NCBI GenBank assembly: GCA_028284955.1
Contig: JANQQS010000005.1
Coordinates: 70,007 to 134,006, forward strand
Reading direction: 5' to 3'
Origin: Myxococcota bacterium
Lineage (GTDB): Bacteria; Myxococcota_A; Polyangia; Polyangiales; Houyiibacteriaceae
Length of the DNA: 64,000 nucleotides
Under the pieces are notes generated by a model that saw only the letters and a list, made by a program, of their open reading frames with translations, was not told where the DNA came from and ran no database searches. The position numbers and the translations under genes were made by a program. This document shows positions 18,485 to 28,606 of the stretch, piece by piece. Positions within the stretch are counted from its first letter, which is position 1. Every line of letters starts with the position of its first letter.

Positions 18485-19354
18485 CTACAGGTCTTGTACG
18501 CCTTCCGGTTTTGTCGCAATTCGGACAGCGGGCGGTCTTGCGACATCGGGGTTGCATTCCTTGAACGTTACTGGCTTTCCGTCGCATGTATCGTTTGGAT
18601 CGAGCATCGCTGTTGATAGCGTAACGTCTACCGACTGTGGCCGATAGTACTGCCCCGTCGTGCCCGCGCGCAGCGTGATATTTCCTCCGAGCGAAAACGT
18701 GATTCCAAACACCGAAACAGATGACGCTTTCTGCGCCTGACTACTAGTCAACGCCCGTCCGACCACATTACGGTGCGCGGCGGGTACGAGGCTTGGTTCC
18801 GCGACCGACAATTTGATTCTGCGAATGTATGCGGCGTGTTGCGTTGGGTCCACGTCAACTTGCCAACCCTGAGAAAGCTCGTTTAACAGGCGGTTGCTCG
18901 ACTCAATGCTGATGGAGAGCACGCCAAGCCACGTATTGGCCCTCGTGGCCTGCGGTTCTGTGCTGCTGAGCTGTTGGTTCGCTCGTGTCTGCATGTTGAC
19001 GAGCGTCTGCTGCAGCGTGGCCAAGGAGTTATCAAACGGCTGGGTTGCCCCCGTCGTGCCTCGGAACGTATCGCTTTGCACTAAGTCGTCACATAACACC
19101 GCGTGTGTGGCGGTGAAAAATTCAAACGCCAATTTTTTGACCGAGTCACTACACGCAGCTCTCTCGAATTGCCGGACGGTCAACGGAGACGTCGCCTGCT
19201 TCGCGACTTCACCTTCGCCCTCACCTGTCTGCGCGGCGCATCCGACGCAAGCCATCGCCACCAACGCTCCGCACCATCCCGATGCGCGGACACGCGACAT
19301 ACGTTGCTGAATGAACGAACGTGGATGAATGAAAGAAGCTCGTTCGATGCGCAT
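18485..19354 (-). CDS. Lipoprotein of unknown function
   Basis: CVGC-AAQTGEGEGEVAK. Confidence 0.75.
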   Translation of the reverse strand: MRIERASFIHPRSFIQQRMSRVRASGWCGALVAMACVGCAAQTGEGEGEVAKQATSPLTVRQFERAACSDSVKKLAFEFFTATHAVLCDDLVQSDTFRGTTGATQPFDNSLATLQQTLVNMQTRANQQLSSTEPQATRANTWLGVLSISIESSNRLLNELSQGWQVDVDPTQHAAYIRRIKLSVAEPSLVPAAHRNVVGRALTSSQAQKASSVSVFGITFSLGGNITLRAGTTGQYYRPQSVDVTLSTAMLDPNDTCDGKPVTFKECNPDVARPPAVRIATKPEGVQDL

Positions 19355-19614
19355 TGCGCTCTCCCCTGAAAAGTAAGCTGCCCGGCGCGCTAAACGTAGT
19401 CGCGCGATCGTTTGAGATCAAGCTCCCGGCGCTCGGGTAACCATAGACTTTTGTGCGTTGTCTGACGCTTTGTCCCTGTCTTGAGACAAAACAAACCTCG
19501 CTACAGGACCACCACTGCGCAGCCCTTCCGCGCGACCTTTCCGCACAAGTGAGACGCGTTGTAGAAGTCTTCGCGCGAAAAACTTCAATGTCCAATTTCA
19601 GTCGTCGAAATTTG

Positions 19615-19648
19615 CCTTCGACAAATCGTCTTTTCGGTTTGTCGAAGG
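19615..19648. promoter_or_regulatory. 11-bp inverted repeat in AT-richer divergent intergenic region
   Basis: ccttcgacaaa-N12-tttgtcgaagg. Confidence 0.35.
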
Positions 19649-19785
19649 TTCTAAAAACTTTGCGGTTCAGTGAAACAAAGTGTGGATTACGCGCTTTCCG
19701 CACGGTAGGTTGATGGCCCTTTGCGCAAGCGACGCGCAAAGCGATCAGCGTTTGGACACATACCCGTTTGGACAGGAGGAGTTAG

Positions 19786-20247
19786 ATGCATTCCGTAGTA
19801 GATACCAAACCGATGAGCCAACACACCCACCGTGGACCGTTCGCAGGCCTTGTAGCGGCATGCGCCCTCGCCCTGAGCGTGGCCGGCTGCGCAGGTGAAG
19901 TCGTCGAGCCCACCGACGAATCGATCACCGGATCAGCCGAAGAACTTACCGCCAGGCAGTCTTCGGTAAGCCGCTCGTCGATTCTCGAGTCGCGAAGAAA
20001 CTTCGTCAGCCGAAGCTCGACAAGCTCCTCGAGCTCGAGCAGCAGCAGCAGTGTTACCTCGACCAACGGTTCCAGCTCCAGCGCTCGCAGCTGCGCCAGC
20101 TCGACCGCCGATCTCCGCGTCACCTGCTTCACCGACGCGACCGGCGCCTACAACTGCACCTGCATGTTCCCCCTTGAGCGGCGAACCACCACCTGCACGC
20201 AAGAGCCCGTGGCGGATGCGTGTACTTCCGGCTGCTGCTTCAACTAG
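19786..20247 (+). CDS. Ser-rich lipoprotein with small Cys-rich C-terminal domain
   Basis: AGGAGG RBS; VAGC; poly-Ser linker; ends CTSGCCFN. Confidence 0.75.
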   Translation: MHSVVDTKPMSQHTHRGPFAGLVAACALALSVAGCAGEVVEPTDESITGSAEELTARQSSVSRSSILESRRNFVSRSSTSSSSSSSSSSVTSTNGSSSSARSCASSTADLRVTCFTDATGAYNCTCMFPLERRTTTCTQEPVADACTSGCCFN

Positions 20248-20367
20248 CGCAGGGGGAACGGTATTGAACACGGCGCTCGCGCTCTGTGGTCGCCGTGTTT
20301 CGTGTTGCTCTCCGCACGATTAGAGCTAGTTTCGAGGCGAAGCAAAAACCCGAATCGACAAGGAAGT

Positions 20368-20946
20368 ACGATGATTCGATTTACCTTTGCCCTCGCGCTC
20401 GCGGGCTTCGCCTGGGGATGCACCTCTTCGGTGACCGATTCCTCCGCCGATGAGAATAACGAAAAGCAAACTCTGACGTCCTTGAGTTGCACCGCGCTCT
20501 ACTCCTCGCAAAGCAGCAGCTCCCAGTGCAGCATTCGGTTTGTCGAAGGCGAAAAGAGAGTCGCCGCGCAGCCAAGCACGGTCAGAGCCACGACCCTCGC
20601 CCTGCGAACCGGCGACCAGTTTTATTGTGAACACCAGGTCGTAGGAACAACCGCAGTGTCAGACTCCCTCAGTTTGTCTCAGCAGCGCCAGTTTGGGACA
20701 GTCAGCGTTCCATGCGGCGCGGCAATCCAAGTCTACGTCTTTGACAAGACCGGACACGGGGTACGCCTGGTGTCCTCGGACGGGACGATTCACCTTGAGG
20801 CCAGCGCCGAGTTGATAAGCCAATTGACCGTCGCCTCGATGCGTCTCACCACTAGCGAACACGCGCGAATAGGTTTGGATATCTGCCCGATAGGCCACGC
20901 GAAAACCGACTGCTTCGACGAACAAGTGGCAGGCAATCCACGCTAG
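20368..20946 (+). CDS. Lipoprotein of unknown function
   Basis: MIRFTFALALAGFAWGC-TSSVTDSSADENNEK; ORF track start 20302, probable start ~20370. Confidence 0.7.
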   Translation, partial: TMIRFTFALALAGFAWGCTSSVTDSSADENNEKQTLTSLSCTALYSSQSSSSQCSIRFVEGEKRVAAQPSTVRATTLALRTGDQFYCEHQVVGTTAVSDSLSLSQQRQFGTVSVPCGAAIQVYVFDKTGHGVRLVSSDGTIHLEASAELISQLTVASMRLTTSEHARIGLDICPIGHAKTDCFDEQVAGNPR

Positions 20947-21198
20947 CTTCACCAAGTAAGCGAGGGCACAAATCCACAATCTGACTGCGGATCGATGCCC
21001 GATCCGTACTACGGCCGCTCGCTGCGTGCGCAGCTTCAGCGTGCGACTCCGTTCGCCAACTGGCTCACTGGCTCTCCGCGGTCCGAACTTAATCCACGTC
21101 CGCGCGTTGTTTCTTGTCGAACCCGGCTTGCCTTAGTTGTGATGTAGAAATAAAATTGAAACATTGCTGCGTTTCAAGAGGATCGCAGGTAGGGGGGC

Positions 21199-23049
21199 AT
21201 GGTCTCGAAGCGAACGCGGAAGCGGACCCGCTATGGGTTCGGTAGCGCAGGATGTGTGCGCGCAGGTTTTTTCGGTTCTGAGTGTTTCCATTCTGGGTTT
21301 CTCAGTTCGGGATTTCTCACATGGTTTCTCTTCGCCGTCGCAAGCAGCGCATGTTCGCCGAGTTCGGGTCATGTGTTGGCGGTCGAGCTGCGTACCGATC
21401 TCGTGGCCGAAGAAGAGTTCGACCAGCTTCGACTGACTCTATTTCCCCTCGGTGACGACGGTCGCTCGACACGAGAAACGTTTTCGGCGCAACCAGGCGG
21501 CTACTTGCCGGCCGCGCGGGTCGGCGACCTCGAAGGCATCACGCCCGGCAACTATCGACTCGAAATGAGCGTGTCGAACTCGTCGAACGGGCGCATCGTG
21601 ACCGAACGACCGGTGCTCGTGCAGGTCGAGAGCAATCTCAGCGTGACGGTGCCGATCACCCGCTCGTGTGTCGAAGTGGCGTGCCCGCCGCGGGACGATC
21701 CCGAGAAAATCGCATGCCTGGGGGGACAATGCGTCGACCCCCGCTGTAGCGTGGAGGCGCCTCAGTTTTGCGGCGATGCGCTCTGCACGAACGACGCAGA
21801 CTGCGCGATCGAATCTTCATGCGCGCAGGGCGAATGCGTGCTCGGAGTGTGCTGGGCCGTATCGACCGGCGAAACTTGCCCAGACCCCGCCGAATGGTGC
21901 CATCCCGAACGCGGCTGCTCGATGCGCACGGTGCTTGAGGACGGTGGCATGAGCATCGTGGACGGCGGAACCATGATGGATGCCAGCGTCGGTGACGGAG
22001 GCATGACGGTCGACGGGGGCATGGCCGAATGGACTCCCACCAACTTTCCTGAACACCTTCTTCTTGCCGGGACCGGACCGCTAGAAATCGCCGGCGCGAT
22101 GATGCTCGATACCGATACTGGCGAAGTGCTCAATGCGAGCATGACGCCGGTCGCCACGCCGGGGGTGGTGTTCTCCCCCATTCAACAAAGCGTCACCCCT
22201 GGCGTAAAAGAGCTGGGCGTGTTTTCGGCGCGGTCGTTTTCCATTTTGGGCGGCGGCTCGCTTCGCGTTCGAGGTTCTCGAGCGCTTGTCATCGCGACTT
22301 CAGGCGACATCATCGTCGATGGCGTCATCGACGCCAGCGGAGGCTTGCCGTCGCAGTGGTCGCCAGGGCCGGGCGGCTATCGTGGCGGACGCCCCGGCCA
22401 GCCCGCAGAAGGGCCCGGCGCGACTCCGGGCGCAGGCGCAGGCGCGGGCCACGTGCACGCCGGCGGCGCGTCGCCCGGCAGCCCGGGCGGACCGATCGCC
22501 GGATCCCCCGCGCTTAATCCGCTCGCGGGCGGGTCGGGCGGGTCGTTTGGATCGGCCAATGACGACAGCCTAAGCGGCGGTGGAGGTGGCGGCGCGGTGC
22601 AGCTTTCGGCCCTCGGTCGCGTGCGCGTAACGGCTATTGGAGGCATCAACGTCGGCGGCGCAGGCGGGGGCGGCTTGTCTGGCGTCATGGGTCGATGCTC
22701 AGGCGGAGGCGCAGGCGGCTCAGTGCTCATCGAAGGTAGCGACGTCGAAATCCTAGGCACCGTCGCCGCCAATGGGGGCGGCGGTGGAGGAAACGCGTTT
22801 TTCGAGCCCGCAGTCGGTCAAAGCGGTCAGCTGAGCGGAACGCCCGCCGTAGGCGGCATGGGCCTTGTCGTCAATGGCGGCAACGGCGGCGCAGGCGCGA
22901 CGGCGCCTACGGACGGCACCCGCGAGATCGATTCTATAGGCGGCGGAGGCGGCAGCGGCGGGCGCGTTCGCGTGCGCTCGGTCAATCCGCCTGCCCTCAG
23001 CGGCACGATCTCACCGACCGCCGGGCTGCAAGTCGACACGATTCCCTAG
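21199..23049 (+). CDS. Cys-rich / Gly-rich lipoprotein
   Basis: SSAC; LAVELRTDL N-domain (as in 4077-5330); GGGGGGAVQLSA..GGGAGGSVLIEG Gly-rich repeats. Confidence 0.85.
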   Translation: MVSKRTRKRTRYGFGSAGCVRAGFFGSECFHSGFLSSGFLTWFLFAVASSACSPSSGHVLAVELRTDLVAEEEFDQLRLTLFPLGDDGRSTRETFSAQPGGYLPAARVGDLEGITPGNYRLEMSVSNSSNGRIVTERPVLVQVESNLSVTVPITRSCVEVACPPRDDPEKIACLGGQCVDPRCSVEAPQFCGDALCTNDADCAIESSCAQGECVLGVCWAVSTGETCPDPAEWCHPERGCSMRTVLEDGGMSIVDGGTMMDASVGDGGMTVDGGMAEWTPTNFPEHLLLAGTGPLEIAGAMMLDTDTGEVLNASMTPVATPGVVFSPIQQSVTPGVKELGVFSARSFSILGGGSLRVRGSRALVIATSGDIIVDGVIDASGGLPSQWSPGPGGYRGGRPGQPAEGPGATPGAGAGAGHVHAGGASPGSPGGPIAGSPALNPLAGGSGGSFGSANDDSLSGGGGGGAVQLSALGRVRVTAIGGINVGGAGGGGLSGVMGRCSGGGAGGSVLIEGSDVEILGTVAANGGGGGGNAFFEPAVGQSGQLSGTPAVGGMGLVVNGGNGGAGATAPTDGTREIDSIGGGGGSGGRVRVRSVNPPALSGTISPTAGLQVDTIP

Positions 23050-23104
23050 GCCGACGCGATATTGCCGAACGCGATTCGCATTGTGCTACCGAGAATCCAC
23101 CGCG

Positions 23105-23836
23105 CTATGGAGTGAAGTACGCGCTGCATATCGAGTGACTCGACACGGAGCCGCCGGTGAATATGTGATAGCCAGCCTTGCACATCTCGCGCACTTCGGC
23201 AGCGGTGAACGAGCATGTTCCTTCAGCGAGTGCCGCGTTGCTCCAATAATCTCGCCCGTTGGCCGACGCGATGAACGTGTCCGAAGCGCTGGCGCCGCGT
23301 AGCTGGTGAATCACAACGAACTTGTACTCCTCGGGCGATACCGGCGGATTGTGTTTCGTGGACCACCGCTTGCGCCCGATTTCGACGATGAACGGCAAGT
23401 CCATTCCCGTCGACTCCTGAATGACTGTCCAAGGCAGTTCCTGCCACCTTTTCTTAGAAACCGTCCAGTTTCCAGGGGACTGACCCGCAGCGTCTGGGAA
23501 CGTCCGTGTTCCCCATCCTTGGGGCAGATGACCGTTGAAATCTCCCGTCAACGCAAGCACTGGCACCTTGCCAGCGGATTCTCCCAGCTCACCAATCGGC
23601 TCCCGCATGCGAAGCGAATAGACGAACGGACTCCGGCTCGTCTCAGCCCGACATCGACCCTGGTCCTCGTATAGGTACTCGAGTGGAGACCCGTCGAACG
23701 CAAATTTATCGGTCGCGTCACCGGCCGCGTCCCCTTGCTCCGCAACGCAACCCGCCGACATCGCAACGAATACCGAGGCGACCAACGCCCCCCGAATCTG
23801 CGCATTCCAAACCAACTGATTGCCAACCAACATCAT
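23105..23836 (-). CDS. Lipoprotein of unknown function
   Basis: SAGC-VAEQGDAAGDATDK. Confidence 0.72.
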   Translation of the reverse strand: MMLVGNQLVWNAQIRGALVASVFVAMSAGCVAEQGDAAGDATDKFAFDGSPLEYLYEDQGRCRAETSRSPFVYSLRMREPIGELGESAGKVPVLALTGDFNGHLPQGWGTRTFPDAAGQSPGNWTVSKKRWQELPWTVIQESTGMDLPFIVEIGRKRWSTKHNPPVSPEEYKFVVIHQLRGASASDTFIASANGRDYWSNAALAEGTCSFTAAEVREMCKAGYHIFTGGSVSSHSICSAYFTP

Positions 23837-23934
23837 TCCCTACCTAACTCGTCTCCCGCCGATTTCGGCGCCCTCCCCGGCAGCCGCGCGGAGTATTCCA
23901 CAAAGTCGCCAGGACGCTACCGAGCTAGTTTGTC

Positions 23935-24318
23935 TAGGGTCTGGCACCCAGACCCTCTCGTTCGGGATACGATCCCGAACGATTCACCCAAGCTCCCCCG
24001 CCAGGAACCACGTGACCTGGTTGCGTGAGGGTAATCTGCTGGGGCCCCGCCGCTCCGCGGTGGGGCGGACGCGAAGCGGCCGGAGTTGGGAGAGGGACCC
24101 GCGCGGGTCGTACCCGCGGGGGGGAGGGTTTGCCTCAAACCCTCCGAACAACACAGTCACCCAAGCTCCCCCGCCAGGAGGCACGTGACATGGTTGCGTG
24201 GGGTCAAACTGCTGGGGCCCCGTCGCGGAGCGATGGGGCGGCCGCGAAGCGGCCGGAGTTGGGAGGGGGGCCCCGCGGAATCGTATTCCGCGGGGGGAGG
24301 GTTTGCTTCAAACCCTCC
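23935..24318. repeat. Composite REP/BIME-like element: inverted hairpin pair + two 173-bp direct units
   Basis: Units start at 23984 and 24157 (tcacccaagctcccccgccagga...gagggtttgcYtcaaaccctcc); multiple GC-rich stem-loops. Confidence 0.85.
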
Positions 24319-24331
24319 AGAAATACTGCAG

Positions 24332-26002
24332 CTACAGCCGAATGACGGGGTCGTCAGCCTCGTTCGTGTCGCGGGAGCTCGAGCAGCCGCGGTCCGCTTC
24401 GTCGATGTTGCCGTCGCCGTCGTTGTCTACGCCGTCGCTGCAATGCGGGTTCGGCGACTCGAACGCGTCAAAGGAGTCAAAGCAACCCGGGTCGTCGGTG
24501 TCGACGTCGCCATCTCCATCGTTGTCGATGCCGTCGCTACACTGCGGGGGATTGGGGAACTCGGTGTTGTCGAAGCGGCTGGTGCACCCCGGATCAGGAT
24601 CGGTGCGGTCGCCCTCGGCAACGCCTCCCTCTTCACCACCATCGTGGTCGATGAAGCCGTCGCCATCGTTGTCGATGCCGTCGCTGCACTGCGGCATGAA
24701 CGACCCGCCTTCGGATGTGTCTCGCTCCTGCTCGCAATCAGGATCGTTCGGGAAGTCGGTCAGCCCGTCGCCGTCATTGTCGAGCCCGTCGAAGCACGCC
24801 GGCTCCGGGAACTCGAAATCGCTCGGGAAGTCGCACCCGGGGTCGTCCGGGAAGTCGATCAGCTCGTCGCCATCGTTGTCGATGCCGTCGTTGCACTGAT
24901 TCTTGAACTCGGTCGGGTCGTCGGGGCTTTCGCAGCCGCGGTCGCCGGGGAAATCCATGTTGCCGTCGCCATCGTTGTCGATGCCGTCGCTGCACTGCGC
25001 GACCGCTGACCCAGCTTCTGAAGAATCGAACGGCGATTCGCAGTCCGGGTCTTCGCCGAAGTCCGTAAGCCCATCGCCATCGTTGTCCGCGCCGTCGCTG
25101 CACTCACGCGAACCTTCGCGATCGAACGGGCTGGTGCATCCCGGGTCGTTCGGGAAGTCGGTGAGCCCGTCGCCGTCGTTGTCTTGGCCATCGGAACACT
25201 CGGGGCCGTCTTCGGAGCTATCGTTGCGACTGCTGCACCCGCGGTCCTCCGGGAAATCGACCAGGCCGTCGCCGTCATTGTCGACCCCGTCGGCGCACTG
25301 GCGCGGCGACTCGGAGCCATCGCTGGGGCTCGAGCAACCGAGGTCGTCGGGGAAATCGATCAAGCCGTTGCCGTCGTTGTCTGCGCCGTCGGAACACTGC
25401 GGGTCGTCTTCGCGCGAATCAGTGGGGCTTGAGCAGCCCGTATCTTCCGGGAAGTCAGTCTTGCCGTCGCCATCGTTGTCGATGCCGTCGATGCACTGCG
25501 GCGTATCTTCCTGGGTATCGGAACGGCTCGAACAGCCCGGGTCCTGCGGAAAATCAGTGCGGCCATCGCCATCGTTGTCTTGGCCATCCGAGCACGCCGG
25601 TTCAGGCGACTCGGCAAGGTCGGTGCGGCTCGCGCAGCCTGGGTCTTCAGGAAAGTCAGTCTTGCCGTCGCCATCGTTGTCCTGGCCGTCTGCACATTCA
25701 GGATCGGGCGCCTCGGTAGGATTGAATCGGTCGTTGAGGCAGCCCGGATCGCTGGTGTCGATCAGACCATCTCCATCGTTGTCTTCCCCGTCCGAACACT
25801 GGGGGTCGGGCTCTTCGGTAAGATTGAAGGGTTCGCCGCGACAGCCGGGATCTTCCAAATCCACCAAGCCATCTTCATCGTTGTCTTTGCCGTCGGCGCA
25901 AACCAAGTCGCCAACCTGCAGCGCGTCTACGCAGCCGCCCGCAAACACGAGCGCAAAGAGCCCCAGCCACACGAATCGCTTATGCAAAGAAGATCGTCGC
26001 AT
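24332..26002 (-). CDS. Lipoprotein made of 15 Asp/Cys-rich CxDGxDNDGDG..D..DPGC repeats (probable Ca2+-binding)
   Basis: AGGC lipobox; ~34-aa repeats counted in the translation. Confidence 0.9.
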   Translation of the reverse strand: MRRSSLHKRFVWLGLFALVFAGGCVDALQVGDLVCADGKDNDEDGLVDLEDPGCRGEPFNLTEEPDPQCSDGEDNDGDGLIDTSDPGCLNDRFNPTEAPDPECADGQDNDGDGKTDFPEDPGCASRTDLAESPEPACSDGQDNDGDGRTDFPQDPGCSSRSDTQEDTPQCIDGIDNDGDGKTDFPEDTGCSSPTDSREDDPQCSDGADNDGNGLIDFPDDLGCSSPSDGSESPRQCADGVDNDGDGLVDFPEDRGCSSRNDSSEDGPECSDGQDNDGDGLTDFPNDPGCTSPFDREGSRECSDGADNDGDGLTDFGEDPDCESPFDSSEAGSAVAQCSDGIDNDGDGNMDFPGDRGCESPDDPTEFKNQCNDGIDNDGDELIDFPDDPGCDFPSDFEFPEPACFDGLDNDGDGLTDFPNDPDCEQERDTSEGGSFMPQCSDGIDNDGDGFIDHDGGEEGGVAEGDRTDPDPGCTSRFDNTEFPNPPQCSDGIDNDGDGDVDTDDPGCFDSFDAFESPNPHCSDGVDNDGDGNIDEADRGCSSSRDTNEADDPVIRL

Positions 26003-26205
26003 CGTCCCCCCCCAACGTTGGTACGAACCCGCAGGCCGGAGCAGATGTCTCGGCCCAATCTGCGAATACGGCCCGCGACGTAATCACGGGCGCGAGAGGA
26101 AATCAATAGAATCGCGACGCCGGGTTGAGATCAGCCGCGTTTTGCAAAATCACCCTCGAGGCTGTCCTCATTGACGATGATGTCACAAAAACCCAACAGA
26201 TAAGA

Positions 26206-26245
26206 CAAAATCGTCACAAATTTGGATATATTTGTGACGATTTTG
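26206..26245. promoter_or_regulatory. Perfect 16-bp inverted repeat, candidate operator between divergent genes
   Basis: caaaatcgtcacaaat-ttggatat-atttgtgacgattttg. Confidence 0.55.
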
Positions 26246-26402
26246 CCGAGGACTGCGCGAAGTCCCAAAGCTTCTTCGACGACCGGACGATCGAATTTGC
26301 CTTACGCGCTCCACCGGCCCGGTTTTGTCTTGTACCCGAATCGTTGCGATTGATATGAGCATCATTCGGGAACCACATGATTCGGGGATCAAGGAGGGCG
26401 TG

Positions 26403-26960
26403 ATGCGACGAATAAACAAGAGGCTGAACGACAAGAAACATCTGCTGGTCGGGCTTATCGTGATTGGGGTGCTCGCCTTGGGCGCGGTCGCGGGCGCACA
26501 ATACGGATGGAAGCCGGGCGGAATGCCGAGCAGCGAAGCGATCGCGTTTGCCGAGCGCACTAGCGATTTGATGACCAACACGGTCGTCGCGGCGCTGGTT
26601 CAGGAGATCAACGAGACCACGCCCGAGAACGTGCAGGAGGGAAACCTTTCGATCGGTTTGATCTTCGACGACCGCAACCCAAGCATGCGACTCGTCGGAA
26701 CCCTCGGGCCGCTTCGCCAGAACGACCGCCCCCGGGACGGGTTCGAGCGCGACGCATTGGCCGCCGCGCTCGAAGGCGAGCCCTACACCGACGTCGACCG
26801 AATCCGCGGCCGCTGGTTCTATCGGCGCTCGATTCCGCTGAGCAACTTCGCGCCGCAATGCGCGCTATGCCACACCAACTTCGCCGGCCTTCCGTCGACC
26901 GAATACGTCGGCGCGCTCATGTTGCGCATCCCCATCAGACCCAGGTACGGGCGCCCCTAG
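26403..26960 (+). CDS. Periplasmic c-type heme protein (DUF3365/Tll0287-like)
   Basis: AAGGAGG RBS; signal peptide; PRDGFERDAL; CALCH heme motif followed by VGALMLRIP. Confidence 0.82.
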   Translation: MRRINKRLNDKKHLLVGLIVIGVLALGAVAGAQYGWKPGGMPSSEAIAFAERTSDLMTNTVVAALVQEINETTPENVQEGNLSIGLIFDDRNPSMRLVGTLGPLRQNDRPRDGFERDALAAALEGEPYTDVDRIRGRWFYRRSIPLSNFAPQCALCHTNFAGLPSTEYVGALMLRIPIRPRYGRP

Positions 26961-27144
26961 TAGACTGGTGTCAAACACTCTGACGACCTTTTGTGACACT
27001 TTTCTGACGATAAGTTTTCAGTATTCCTGAGGTCAATTCGACGGAAAACAGGCGCTTCGGCTGGCGCCAATGGACGAATTCGCCCATATCCCAGACGTCT
27101 GAGAGAGCTTGAATCGCTATGGCGAACAATCCAGGAAGAAGTAG

Positions 27145-27678
27145 ATGTTCCGTTCCACAGCCGCCCGACTCGCTTTTGTCTTAGTTTTCGCCGCGCCCGG
27201 TCTTATCGGTTGCTCCGCCGAGGTCGCAGAGACCGAAGAGACGATTGAGGAGAAGCACACTGGGCGTGCGCTACTCGCCAGCTGCCGAACAGCGAAGCTC
27301 TTCGTGGACCAGTATCACGACATCGTTGGCCAGATATACGATCCCGGAACGGGGATCAATCACCCTGTTCGCCTGGTTCCGCGGAAAGCCAAAGGGGGCT
27401 GCTGGCATCGCGCGCCGGGCAGCGTGAACAACCAGTGGGCTCATTTCGACCAAACGAAGCACGAGTACAAGGCAGGTCCGTTCTACGACAACACAGTCAC
27501 CACCACGATACAGCTGTGGAAAGACGTCGAAACCAACGGGCATGCGCTAGGAACGTGCAAACCGCCAGCCGACAACCGTGGCGAGTTGGCGATATACGGA
27601 CCGGTTTCAGCGGTTACGTCATGTCACTTTCTCAACATGTCGCTCCTTACGCAGCTTCACTCCCACACATGGCGCTAG
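27145..27678 (+). CDS. Lipoprotein of unknown function
   Basis: LIGC-SAEVAETEETIEEK. Confidence 0.75.
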   Translation: MFRSTAARLAFVLVFAAPGLIGCSAEVAETEETIEEKHTGRALLASCRTAKLFVDQYHDIVGQIYDPGTGINHPVRLVPRKAKGGCWHRAPGSVNNQWAHFDQTKHEYKAGPFYDNTVTTTIQLWKDVETNGHALGTCKPPADNRGELAIYGPVSAVTSCHFLNMSLLTQLHSHTWR

Positions 27679-27738
27679 TGGGCCGCGACGTAGTCCGCAG
27701 CCGCCGCGTTTGACCAAAGAGCATCGCGGATCGACACT

Positions 27739-28491
27739 GTGGTGGTGGCGCTTCGCAGTTGTCTCTTATCGATGGCCATGCTCAGCGTGTTTGGTTGTCG
27801 AACGGGCCTTGAACAGCTCGTGACCAACGATGCGGCGGTAATCGTCGTGGTCTCCGATGCTGGAAGCTCAAACCGCGACGCAGCGCTGAGCGACGCGCAG
27901 CCAAACGATGCCTCAATGGGAGGCGATTCTTCGATCGGGTCAGACGCGGGAGCACGCGACGGCGGGTCGGGAATGGATAGCGCGACGTGTCCCGGAACGA
28001 GGAGTGCGACGCCGAGTTTTGTGAGAAGCGTTGCATCCGGGGACCAATCCGTCTGGACGAACCTCGACACGCTCGATGCGTCCGACGACGACGCTGCGCA
28101 AACGAGCCTCACGTTTTTCGAACGCGAGAGCGAGCGCCTCGAAGCGACTTCATTCGGATTGGATATTCCCCCGCAGGCCACGGTCACCGGCATATCGGTC
28201 GCCGTGCGCCGACGGGCGTCGTTCATGGGCGTCATCGATTCCCAAGTTCGTTTGATTCGAGACGGCGCACCGGTAGGTCAAAACCGAGCCTTGCTCGCCG
28301 AATGGCCCAACGCGTTCGCCGAACAAACCTACGGAAACCCCGGCGACACCTGGGGCCTCACCTGGACCCGAGAGCAAATCCGTGCTCCCGGATTCGGAGT
28401 CGGCATTCGCGCGGTGACAGACCTCGGCCTGGGCATCGACATCGCGATCGACTTGGTTCGCGTCACCGTGCACTACACCTGCAACAACTAG
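27739..28491 (+). CDS. Lipoprotein, DAG-rich linker + beta-sandwich C-domain
   Basis: VFGC-RTGLE; FGLDIPPQATVTGISV..YGNPGDTWGLTWT. Confidence 0.75.
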   Translation: MVVALRSCLLSMAMLSVFGCRTGLEQLVTNDAAVIVVVSDAGSSNRDAALSDAQPNDASMGGDSSIGSDAGARDGGSGMDSATCPGTRSATPSFVRSVASGDQSVWTNLDTLDASDDDAAQTSLTFFERESERLEATSFGLDIPPQATVTGISVAVRRRASFMGVIDSQVRLIRDGAPVGQNRALLAEWPNAFAEQTYGNPGDTWGLTWTREQIRAPGFGVGIRAVTDLGLGIDIAIDLVRVTVHYTCNN

Positions 28492-28514
28492 ATTGCGGCG
28501 GTCGCAAGCGCTCC

Positions 28515-28600
28515 GCCCGCAGCGGGATCGGGACCAGGAGCGGGAGCCGGAACGGGATCAGGAACGGCGTCGGGATCGGGCGGCAGGTTTGGGTTCGGGA
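28515..28600. repeat. Short 6-nt-period repeat tract between convergent genes
   Basis: cgggatcgggaccaggagcgggagccggaacgggatcaggaa. Confidence 0.5.
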
Positions 28601-28606
28601 GAGGCG

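Noticed and set aside
23984-24318. CRISPR array or attC cassette sites
   Set aside because: Whole 173-bp units repeat with no unique spacers or cassette ORFs; no RYYYAAC/GTTRRRY ends recognised
24086-26174. Long plus-strand ORFs (307, 233, 423 aa)
   Set aside because: Antisense shadows of the Asp-rich repeat lipoprotein
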